Positions 1 through 8,600 of a stretch of DNA of 50,988 nt are shown piece by piece. Under the pieces are notes generated by a model. The model saw nothing but the letters and a program-made list of their open reading frames with translations, did no database searches and was not told where the DNA came from. Source of the stretch: a virus (lineage: Duplodnaviria > Caudoviricetes); the IMG/VR virus record IMGVR_UViG_3300037261_000025, positions 1-50,988 of that record; one strand, given 5' to 3'. Position 1 is the stretch's first letter, and every line of letters starts with the position of its first letter. The position numbers were made by a program, and so were the translations under genes.

Positions 1-171
1 GCCGCGCACGTAGCTCAGGTTGCCGCTCACGTAGCTCAGGTCGCCGCTCACGCCGGTCAGGTCGCCGCTCACGCCGGTCAGGTTGCCGCTCACGTTGCTC
101 AGGTTGCCGCGCACGCCGGTCAGGTCGCCGCTCACGTAGCTCAGGTTGCCGCTCACGCCGGTCAGGTTTCC
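1..171 (-). repeat. 21-nt coding tandem repeat, G[DN]L[TS][GNY]V[SR]
   Basis: Units such as GGC GAC CTG ACC GGC GTG AGC read directly. Confidence 0.95.
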
Positions 172-240
172 TGAAATTTTCTCGCCATTCACAAAATGCC
201 AAATTCCTTTTTGTTCAATTCTCGTAAGTGCTTTTTTCAT
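1..240 (-). CDS. Heptapeptide-repeat protein, 5' part (continues across the junction at 50980..50717; ~167 aa if joined as-is)
   Basis: ATG at 240 with AGGAG RBS; MKKALTRIEQKGIWHFVNGEKISGNLTGVSGNLSYVSGDLTGVRG...; open to the window edge. Confidence 0.85.
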   Translation of the reverse strand, partial: MKKALTRIEQKGIWHFVNGEKISGNLTGVSGNLSYVSGDLTGVRGNLSNVSGNLTGVSGDLTGVSGDLSYVSGNLSYVRG

Positions 241-408
241 GTTTACTCCTGTTGATTTCGATGGGGTAACTTTAACCAGATTTTCGGCATGGTGACATAG
301 GTAAAAACCCTAGATAAGTAAAACTACGTATAAGGGTTTTTCCCGATGCAATTTACTTGCTTAGTCGTGCAAAATCCACATCAGAAATAACTAACTTTTG
401 GAGTCCAC
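241..408. promoter_or_regulatory. AT-rich divergent early control region with three tandem ~16-bp operator-like boxes
   Basis: Lies between divergent ATGs (240 and 409); TAGGTAAAAACCCTAG 298-313, TAAGTAAAACTACGTA 315-330, TAAGGGTTTTTCCCGA 331-346; aaaaaccct/agggttttt 9-bp inverted repeat. Confidence 0.6.
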
Positions 409-1155
409 ATGAAATATGAATTTGTACCAGGCGACGAAATCACCATCGCACCAGGACGTACCGTAAAACGTATCCGTGCGCTTGTTGCTATAGAAATTTT
501 TGGAGTTGTTCCAGGGCAACTCGGCGGATACATTGAATCAGAATCCAATTTGTCACAGTCGGGCTCTGCCTGGGTGAGCGACTTTGCCAGGGTGAGCTGC
601 TCTGCCTGTGTGAGCGACTCTGCCTGTGTGAGCGACTCTGCCTGTGTGAGCGGCTCTGCCTGGGTGATCGACTTTGCCAGGGTGAGCTGCTCTGCCAGGG
701 TGAGCGACTTTGCCTGTGTGAGCGGCTCTGCCTGGGTGAGCGGCTCTGCCAGGGTGAGCGGCTCTGCCAGGGTGAGCGACTTTGCCAGGGTGAGCGGCTC
801 TGCCAGGGTGAGCGACTTTGCCAGGGTGAGCGACTTTGCCTGTGTGAGCGACTTTGCCAGGGTGAGCGGCTCTGCCTGGATGAGCTGCTCTGCCTGGGTG
901 AGCGGCTCTGCCAGGGTGAGCGACTCTGCCTTGATCGTCTGGTTTAGCCATGTAGGTTCAGAAAATGGGACACTGACCGTCTACAACGCAAAAGACAAAA
1001 CTATCGAGGTAACTCGCGGATGCTTCGAAGGGACTATTGATGAGTTTCTTGAGGCATCGGAAAAGAAACACGACGATGCTACTCATCTTGAATATCGGCT
1101 GCTGATAGAAGTAGCGTATTCGCGTATTACTCGCGCTCGTGGTGATAAAAAATGA
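409..1155 (+). CDS. Hexapeptide-repeat (left-handed beta-helix-like) phage protein
   Basis: GGAG RBS; N-terminal RIRAL..GQLGGYIESESNLSQ; ~20 S[GD][SF]A[RWC]V repeats; C-terminal GS..TL..RGCF domain. Confidence 0.88.
   Translation: MKYEFVPGDEITIAPGRTVKRIRALVAIEIFGVVPGQLGGYIESESNLSQSGSAWVSDFARVSCSACVSDSACVSDSACVSGSAWVIDFARVSCSARVSDFACVSGSAWVSGSARVSGSARVSDFARVSGSARVSDFARVSDFACVSDFARVSGSAWMSCSAWVSGSARVSDSALIVWFSHVGSENGTLTVYNAKDKTIEVTRGCFEGTIDEFLEASEKKHDDATHLEYRLLIEVAYSRITRARGDKK
574..930 (+). repeat. 18-nt coding tandem repeat
   Basis: GTGAGC(GAC/GGC/TGC)(TCT/TTT)GCC(AGG/TGG/TGT), about 20 units. Confidence 0.95.
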
Positions 1156-1325
1156 ACACATTCACACAACGCGAAAAAGAGACAGCAGAAATGCTTGTCG
1201 CTGTGGCGAAACCCGAAGTCGCCAAATACGCCGAGCCGCAAGACCGAGAGGCTGCACTTGCTGCGGTGCTTGAGCTAGCTCTTGATATTGTCGAACCATG
1301 GCGCGCAAAGGAGGAAGTGAAATGA
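1152..1325 (+). CDS. Hypothetical protein, 57 aa (not in the ORF track)
   Basis: MNTFTQREKETAEMLVAVAKPE...; ATGA overlaps with both neighbours. Confidence 0.75.
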   Translation: MNTFTQREKETAEMLVAVAKPEVAKYAEPQDREAALAAVLELALDIVEPWRAKEEVK

Positions 1326-1897
1326 ATCAGATCAAACACCGTTACACAGGCGAAGTCCTGTACGAATGCGAAGCGGGTTTAACGACTCGCCAGATGCTTG
1401 AGAAAGCAACTGCTGCTGGCGCGGACTTGCGTGGCGCGAACTTTTATGGCGCGAACTTGCGTGGCGCGAACTTGTATGGCGCGGACTTGCGTGGCGCGAA
1501 CTTGCGTGGCGCGGACTTGCGTGGCGCGAACTTTTATGGCGCGAACTTGCGTGGCGCGAACTTGTATGGCGCGGACTTGGGTGGCGCGGACTTGCGTGGC
1601 GCGAACTTGTATGGCGCGGACTTTTATGGCGCGAACTTGGGTGGCAAAGGAAAAGCAGTCGGCAGTCGGCCGTACTTCTCTATCGGTCCTATCGGCTCTC
1701 GCGCAGACACATTGGTTCTTTGGCTGACCGACAAAGGTCAGTACGTAAAAGCCGGGTGCTTTTTTGACACGCTGGAGAAGTTTGCAGAAGCTGTCGAAAA
1801 GACATATTGCGACAGTGACCACGGCAAAGAGTATCGAATGGCAATCCTGATGATGGAAGAGCACGCGGCTCTGTGGACACCGAAGGAGGAAGTATGA
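1322..1897 (+). CDS. Pentapeptide-repeat protein
   Basis: 15 x GA[DN][LF][RYG]; ATGA overlap and GAGGA RBS favour the start at 1322; C-terminal GSR..TL..AGCF domain. Confidence 0.9.
   Translation: MNQIKHRYTGEVLYECEAGLTTRQMLEKATAAGADLRGANFYGANLRGANLYGADLRGANLRGADLRGANFYGANLRGANLYGADLGGADLRGANLYGADFYGANLGGKGKAVGSRPYFSIGPIGSRADTLVLWLTDKGQYVKAGCFFDTLEKFAEAVEKTYCDSDHGKEYRMAILMMEEHAALWTPKEEV
1418..1642 (+). repeat. 15-nt coding tandem repeat
   Basis: GGCGCG(G/A)AC(TTG/TTT)(CGT/TAT/GGT) x15. Confidence 0.95.
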
Positions 1898-2175
1898 AAG
1901 ATTCCTCCAACATAGACCTTCCTGAGTGGATGGACAACTGGCCAGATGGTACGGTTAAGAGTTTTGATAATGCTTTTCTTGCTTACTTTGACGGACAGCC
2001 TTCGGTATTCGCTCCGAAAAAAGGCGAACAGTGCCCGATATCTTGCGCGATAAACGCACGGGAAACGCTCCAACGCAAGCGCACTACTGGCGAATTCGTC
2101 GATATCTCACTTCCTGGATCGTCACAAGCTGCAAAAGACAAGCACGCCATGCTCAACGGCAAGGGGTTCGCATGA
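1894..2175 (+). CDS. Hypothetical protein
   Basis: GGAGG RBS; ATGA overlaps at both ends. Confidence 0.7.
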   Translation: MKDSSNIDLPEWMDNWPDGTVKSFDNAFLAYFDGQPSVFAPKKGEQCPISCAINARETLQRKRTTGEFVDISLPGSSQAAKDKHAMLNGKGFA

Positions 2176-2390
2176 GACGTGGGAAAGCACCTCTAGGCGA
2201 GGCAAGCAGCTTCGCAAAACTCAGCAACGAGCAAGTGATGGACATTCGAAGCAAGCAGCGCCAGCGGCTGGCTATGCTCAAGTACATCCGCGAAAATCTG
2301 TCGCTTGAAGCTGTGGCAAAGCAGTACGACGTCGCACAATCAACGATAACTTGCATCAATTCTTACAGGACATGGGGGCATATTGAATGA
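2172..2390 (+). CDS. Small HTH DNA-binding protein (resembles the C-terminal HTH of phage HNH endonucleases)
   Basis: GE...AKLS..QV..IR ... VAKQYDVAQSTITCI...TW.H pattern; ATGA overlaps. Confidence 0.65.
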   Translation: MRRGKAPLGEASSFAKLSNEQVMDIRSKQRQRLAMLKYIRENLSLEAVAKQYDVAQSTITCINSYRTWGHIE

Positions 2391-4585
2391 ATCAAGACTA
2401 CGATAAGTTTGTGAATGGCAAGCGCAGATCTGAATTGGCGACAGGGCATCAACCAGGTGATCTGAACGAACATCTGTTCGACTTCCAGCATGCCATTACA
2501 TCATGGGCAATTCGGCGTGGGCGCTCGGCAATATTTGCTGATACCGGCCTTGGAAAAACTCTGATGCAACTATCATGGTCCGATGAGGTTGTTTCGCATA
2601 CGAACGGCATCGTTTTGATTCTTGCTCCATTGGCTGTATCAGAACAAACAATCGAACAGGGAAACACATTCGGAATTGAAGTAAAACGCGTTCCTCACGG
2701 AGAATCTCCATCATCGCCAGGAATCTGGATCACAAACTACGAGCGTATGGATGCGATTGATTTTGCAGAACTATCAGGTATCGTTCTTGATGAAAGCTCT
2801 ATCCTGAAATCTCACGATGGAAAGACTAGAACAAAGATCATCACGTCATGCCAGCAGGTCCAATATCGGCTTAGTTGCACAGCGACTCCATCTCCTAATG
2901 ATTTCGAGGAACTTGGAAATCAGTGCGAGTTCTTGGGAGTGATGACTCGTACAGAGATGCTGGCTACGTATTTTGTCAATGATACTGGCGATACCGGTAC
3001 ATGGCGACTGAAAGGATGGGGACAGTCCAGATTCTGGGAATGGATGGGATCATGGGCTGTGGTGCTTCGTAGTCCTGCGGATATTGGATTCGATGGATCA
3101 CGCTACGAACTTCCTGCGCTCCAGTATTTTGAGCATGTTGTCGACGTGGCCGGTCAAAGCGGCGATCTATTCGCAAAGCCAGCACTCACCATGCTGGAAC
3201 GTCGAAAGGCCCAGCGCGATAGTATTAAACAACGATGCGAGGCATTGGCAGAGATTGTGAACAGTGAACCAAATGAACCATGGCTTATCTGGTGCCACCT
3301 GAATGACGAGGCCGAATTGATAGAGTCGCTTGTCGCAGGGTCTGTGAACATCCAAGGATCTGATTCTGTCGAGTTCAAGACAAAAAACATGATGGCATTC
3401 AGTCATGGCGACTTACGTATCCTAGCCAGTAAACCAAAAATATGCGGGTACGGTATGAATTGGCAACACTGCGCAAGAATGGCATTCGTCGGACTTGATG
3501 ACTCGTTCGAGAAGTTCTACCAGGCCGTTCGTCGGTGCTATCGGTTTGGACAAAAGCGCAGTGTTCACGTCCTCGTTTTCACCGCAGAAAACGAGGGGCA
3601 AATACTTGCAAACTTGAAACGAAAAGAACTGCAACACCATGAAATGAGCGCAAATATGATTGAACACATGAAAGACATTATGAACAACGAACTGGCCGGA
3701 CAAACAAACGTGGTGGATGCATACAGAGAGGATACCCATACATCGAATAATTTCACAGTCCATCTTGGAGACTGCGTGAAATGGACTCGGCGCATGGAAT
3801 CGAACAGCATAGACTATTCCGTGTTTTCTCCACCTTTCGCCGACTTGTTCGTTTATTCAAACAGCGATCATGACATGGGAAACTGCAAAGACGATGCTGA
3901 GTTTGTCGCGCAACTTCGATTCTTGATCTCTGAGCTTTTCCGAGTCATCAAGCCAGGACGTAACGTCTCCTTCCATTGCATGAATCTTCCAACGACAAAG
4001 ATGCGCCAAGGGTTTATTGGATTGCGTGATTTCCGTGGAGACTTGATTCGTGCATTCCAAGATGCAGGATTTATCTATCACTCCGAAGTTGCTATCTGGA
4101 AAGACCCCGTAGTCGCAATGCAACGTACAAAGGCACTTGGTCTGCTGCATAAGACCATCCGCGAAAACAGCACCATGAGCCGTATGGGATTGCCTGATTA
4201 TGTTGTCACGATGCGCAAGCCTGGGGATTGCGAAGTTCGCGTTACTCATGGAGAAGATTTCCCGGTGGCATTGTGGCAAAAATATGCAAGCCCTATCTGG
4301 ACTGACATTAACCAGGGACGAACGCTCAACAAACTTCCTGCCAGGAACGAGAATGACGAGAAGCATATGTGCCCACTGCAGTTAGATGTTATCGAACGGT
4401 GCATCCATCTTTGGACAAACCCCGGTGATGTAATTTTCTCGCCTTTCACTGGCATCGGTAGCGAGGGATATTGTGCTGTGAAGATGGGGCGAAAGTTCGT
4501 TGGAACTGAACTAAAGCCGCAATATTGGGAGTTGGCATGCCAGAACATTGCTGACGCTGAGAATGAGCAAATTGGTCTTTTTTAA
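2387..4585 (+). CDS. SNF2-like helicase fused to a beta-class N4-C/N6-A DNA methyltransferase
   Basis: DTGLGKT, LDESS, CTATP and QAVRRCYRFGQ helicase motifs; then SPPF (motif IV) before PFTGIGSEG (motif I). Confidence 0.9.
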   Translation: MNQDYDKFVNGKRRSELATGHQPGDLNEHLFDFQHAITSWAIRRGRSAIFADTGLGKTLMQLSWSDEVVSHTNGIVLILAPLAVSEQTIEQGNTFGIEVKRVPHGESPSSPGIWITNYERMDAIDFAELSGIVLDESSILKSHDGKTRTKIITSCQQVQYRLSCTATPSPNDFEELGNQCEFLGVMTRTEMLATYFVNDTGDTGTWRLKGWGQSRFWEWMGSWAVVLRSPADIGFDGSRYELPALQYFEHVVDVAGQSGDLFAKPALTMLERRKAQRDSIKQRCEALAEIVNSEPNEPWLIWCHLNDEAELIESLVAGSVNIQGSDSVEFKTKNMMAFSHGDLRILASKPKICGYGMNWQHCARMAFVGLDDSFEKFYQAVRRCYRFGQKRSVHVLVFTAENEGQILANLKRKELQHHEMSANMIEHMKDIMNNELAGQTNVVDAYREDTHTSNNFTVHLGDCVKWTRRMESNSIDYSVFSPPFADLFVYSNSDHDMGNCKDDAEFVAQLRFLISELFRVIKPGRNVSFHCMNLPTTKMRQGFIGLRDFRGDLIRAFQDAGFIYHSEVAIWKDPVVAMQRTKALGLLHKTIRENSTMSRMGLPDYVVTMRKPGDCEVRVTHGEDFPVALWQKYASPIWTDINQGRTLNKLPARNENDEKHMCPLQLDVIERCIHLWTNPGDVIFSPFTGIGSEGYCAVKMGRKFVGTELKPQYWELACQNIADAENEQIGLF

Positions 4586-4590
4586 GGATA

Positions 4591-4613
4591 CGGACTCAAA
4601 TAACTGGAGTCCG
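4591..4613 (+). other. Intergenic hairpin after the methyltransferase gene
   Basis: cggactc-N9-gagtccg; no U-tract. Confidence 0.4.
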
Positions 4614-4647
4614 AATGAAAACCCAACTAGACCGCCTTGGAACGCTG

Positions 4648-4675
4648 TTGACATTTTTGAAACACGCCGGATAAT
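4648..4675 (+). promoter_or_regulatory. Sigma70-type promoter for the replication operon
   Basis: TTGACA (4648-4653), 16-nt spacer, GATAAT (4670-4675). Confidence 0.75.
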
Positions 4676-4684
4676 CCACGTTCT

Positions 4685-4766
4685 GAACCCGGCTATCCAC
4701 GGATTGATCCCCATGGAGAAAAGAGAACCCTGCTCCTGCCGTCAGTTCTTTCAAGGGATCACAGGA
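4685..4766 (+). ncRNA. Candidate structured 5'-UTR (three-way junction plus pseudoknot next to the RBS)
   Basis: GAAC/GTTC, CGGC/GCCG, TCCA-GG/CC-TGGA, GAG/CTC; loop TGATCCC complementary to GGGATCA 4755-4761 beside AGGA. Confidence 0.45.
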
Positions 4767-4771
4767 TAAAA

Positions 4772-5581
4772 ATGAACCTAACTCAACACCCTCTTAGCGG
4801 CGCATTCCCGTCAATGAACGATGCGGATTTTCTGGCGCTGAAAGACGACATAGAAAACAACGGGCAACGCGAGCCAGTCATTGTTTTAGACGGAATGGTG
4901 CTCGATGGATGGCACCGGTTTCAGGCGTGCACACAACTCGGAATGGCTGTGAAAAAGTTCACGTTCGATCCGAGCGACGATCCTGTTGCGTTCGTTCTGA
5001 GCCAGAACATGCACCGGCGCCACTTGACCGCTTCGCAGCGTGCCGCCGCCGTTGTCGCATGCTCAAATTGGTCGCCTCCACATCGTCAAAAGAAGTCCGC
5101 ACCTGGTGCGGACTTATCAAAAACAACGAAGGAACTTGCCATTATTGCGGGCACTGGGACTCGAACTATCGAGCATGCGAAAGCGGCTGAAAAGGCCGGT
5201 CTCGGAGATTTGGTGAAAGAAGGCGTAATGACCGCAAAAGAGGGAGCAAAAGTTGCATCTGGGAAGATAGATGAAAAGCCCTCAAAAGTTCTGCCAAAAC
5301 CGGAAGTCGCTTTCATAGAACACGATCAGGATAAGGTGCAGATTCTCAGCGAAGAGAATGACCGCCTGAACGACCGATTGGCTGTAGTGGCGATGGATGC
5401 CACACCAGAAGAGCGCAGCGCGGCCAAGGACACGATCGCAAGCCTTCGCGCAGAACTCAAGACCATGGGTATTGAACTGGCTGCAGTCAAGGCGTCTCGA
5501 GATAGCTTGATGATGGAGACAAACGAACTTAAAAAGCAATGTGCAAGCCAACGAAAACAGATCGAAAAGTTGACGAAATAA
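4772..5581 (+). CDS. ParB/Srx-like N-terminal domain protein with HTH and C-terminal coiled coil
   Basis: HP....FP.M..ADF.AL..DI..NGQREP...G.VLDGWHRFQAC; SQNMHRRHLTASQRA. Confidence 0.8.
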   Translation: MNLTQHPLSGAFPSMNDADFLALKDDIENNGQREPVIVLDGMVLDGWHRFQACTQLGMAVKKFTFDPSDDPVAFVLSQNMHRRHLTASQRAAAVVACSNWSPPHRQKKSAPGADLSKTTKELAIIAGTGTRTIEHAKAAEKAGLGDLVKEGVMTAKEGAKVASGKIDEKPSKVLPKPEVAFIEHDQDKVQILSEENDRLNDRLAVVAMDATPEERSAAKDTIASLRAELKTMGIELAAVKASRDSLMMETNELKKQCASQRKQIEKLTK

Positions 5582-5624
5582 TGCTCACGCCGACGAGCCA
5601 GTGTCGGTATTTTTTGGGGATTTT

Positions 5625-8600
5625 ATGAGTGAAGTTGTCCTATTTGAAGATCAAAAAGAGGTGCTAGATAAAGTGCGTTCCGCGTTTATTGAGGGCCATA
5701 GGTCTGTGATGTTGTACGCGCCAACTGGCGCCGGAAAGTGCTTAGGACGCGATACACCTGTGATGATGGCAGACGGAACCATCAAGCCGGTGCAGGACAT
5801 CATAGCTGGTGAGTTTTTGATGGGCGACGATGGCGATCCGCGCTGTGTTATGAGCACAGCAACGGGAAGAGAAATGCTCTACCGCGTGACGCCACGAAAG
5901 GGTGATTCCTATGTGGTGAATGCGAGCCATCTTCTAAGTCTGCGTGTGACTCCAGGTAGCAACGGGATCCTTCTTGCTGATGGTATGCACATTAAGCGTG
6001 GTGAAGATGTTGTCTCTGTTCGTGCAGACGTATTCGCAAGAAGCAATAGAACCGCGAAGCATTGCCTAAAGGGCTGGAGATCGGATGCTATCCAAGCGTT
6101 CATGCGCGAGGATGATGGCGAGGACCGATTGATGCCGTCATATATTCTTGGTGCATGGCTTGGAGACGGAACCTTGGGCCACGCATCGATTACGAAGCCG
6201 CGCAGCAGGATGGTTGATGAGTGGGTTGCCTATGGTAGATCGATTGGTTACGGCGTCAGTATTGACGAGTGCGATGGTCGATGCCCCACATGGTTGTTGA
6301 CGAATGGATCTGACGGGTACGCATTCAACATCGCTCAATCGTCTCTTGGCGTCATCGGGGTCTTGCAGCGCAAGCACATACCTGACGCCTATAAGTATGG
6401 CCCGCTCTCTGATCGTCTGCAACTGCTGGCAGGTCTGATTGACAGCGATGGATCAGAATCGAATGGCGGATGCGACTGGATCAGTAAGAGCGAGGAGCTT
6501 GCCCGCGACTTCGCATTCGTCTGCCGTTCAGTGGGGCTGGCGTGCTACTTGACCTATGAGAAGAAGGGAATAAAGAGTACCGGATTTGTAGGTTGGTACT
6601 GGCGGGCGAGCGTGAGCGGAGACCTATCGATCATCCCGACGCGCGACAAGATATTCCCCGAACGTCGACAGATCAAGCGGCATCTTGTCCACGGGATCAC
6701 CGTCGAGCCAATGGGAGAGGGTGACTACTTCGGTTTCGAGATCGATGGTAATCGGCTGTTCTTGCTGGGTGACTTCACGGTAACGCACAACACCGAGATG
6801 GCAATTTCCATGCTCAAAGCAACGTCGGACAAGTACAAGCGCGGGGCAATGATGCTTGACCGCATTGTTCTTTGCAATCAGACAAGCGCGCGCCTGCAGA
6901 AGTACAACATCGATCACGGCGTCATGCAGTCAGGCCATTGGCGAAATCGACCCTATGAGCGCATCCAAGTGTGTAGTGCGCAGACTCTCGAAAAGCGCGG
7001 ATCGTTCCCAGGGCTTGACCTTTTGATTGTTGATGAGTGTTTTCCTGGTGAAACGTTAATTGACACAATTGACGGCGCGCGTCGAATAGACACACTAAAC
7101 GATGGCGGTCTCATATACAATGCAATAGGTACTGGAACAGTTCGTTCAATTTTCTCGAAAACGGTGTTTCAGACATTGCTTGTAAGGATGTCAAATGGCG
7201 ACTCATTTGAATGCACAGAGGATCATCCCGTGTTCACTGACTTGGGATGGCAACCCGCTGGCGCCATGGCGCGGGGTACGAAGCTATTTCGCGGTGAAAA
7301 CTTGCGAAGTCTGTGGAGAGGAGATTCGACCGCTTGTCATAAACTCGAAAACGGAGGGAGTGATACCGGAAGCGGAAACATTATTCAATGCGCGGAAATG
7401 TTGCGGGAAATCTTGCGCCAAGAAATTGAGCAACCCGATGCACAAGCCGGAATTGCGTATGAAAATGAAGGATACGCTTCTCCGAATTGGGCACAAGCCA
7501 TTGGTGCGCGGAGGCAATGGGAAGGGCATGACGGAGACCGAGACGCTTATGTTGAGCAAGTTGCCGGTGGGGTGGGGTCCAGGCCACATTTTCAAGACGT
7601 TGAGAAGTGCGGCTCAGGGGTATCCGCATCACTACAAATTGGATCTTGCGTTTCCTATCCAAAGGCTTTGTCTGGAGTTGGATGGCGGGAGTCATCGCTC
7701 GATTGCTCGGCAAGCGCAGGACGCGAAGAAGGATGCGCTGCTAAGAGAGTTTGGGTGGAAAGTGTGCAGACTCAAGAACACCCAAGCGGTAGAACTGTTT
7801 TCAACTTGCGAGTCAGTGGACACCCTTCGTATTTTGCAAATGGCTACCTAGTCCATAACTGCCACACCCAGCGACAGCAGACAACGGAGTTCATTCGGTC
7901 GAACGAAAGCATCAAAGTCATCGGCCTATCGGCTTCACCATTCGCCGACGGACTTGGAAAGACCTATACCAAGGTCGTATCGGCAACAACCACTGCAAAG
8001 TTGGTAGACCAAAAGCGACTCGTTCCTCTGCGCGTGTTTATCGCCAAGGAAATCGACATGGCTGGAGCGAAGAAAGTCGCTGGAGAATGGTCACAGGGCG
8101 AAGCGGCAGAGCGGGGCATGAAAATAACCGGCGATGTGGTGGCTGAGTGGGTGAAGAAAACGACCGAGATTTTCGGTGGACCTCGAAAGACGATTGTGTT
8201 TTGCTCGAATGTCGCCCACGGCGCTGATCTGGCGAATAAGTTCTCGGATGCCGGGTACAACTTCGTCGCGATCAGCTACAAGGATTCTGACGAGTTCAAG
8301 GTTGATGCCGTCGCTGATTTCTCAAAGCCTGATACGGCCATTCATGGTCTGATTGCATGCGACATCTTGACCAAGGGATTTGATGTGCCTGATGTCATGA
8401 TCGGAGTCAGCGCGCGTCCGTTCACCAAGTCATTCATGAGCCACGTCCAGCAAATGGGCCGGGTGATGCGCAGCTACCCAGAAAAGGAGTTCGCAATATG
8501 GCTTGACCACTCGGGGAACTATCTCCGGTTTCAAGAGGACTGGGACGAGCTATACCACGAAGGAGTCCATGAACTTTCTGACGGAAAAGAAAAGGCAAAG

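Noticed and set aside
574-930. Diversity-generating retroelement acting on the repeat genes
   Set aside because: No reverse transcriptase seen; variation is not adenine-specific and there is no TR/VR pair
1-1642. Tandem repeats as CRISPR arrays
   Set aside because: Units abut with no unique spacers, have lengths of 15, 18 and 21 nt and encode in-frame peptide repeats; no cas genes seen
553-1864. Alternative-frame ORFs 553-951, 1379-1864 and 1398-1727
   Set aside because: Stop-free shadows of the coding tandem repeats
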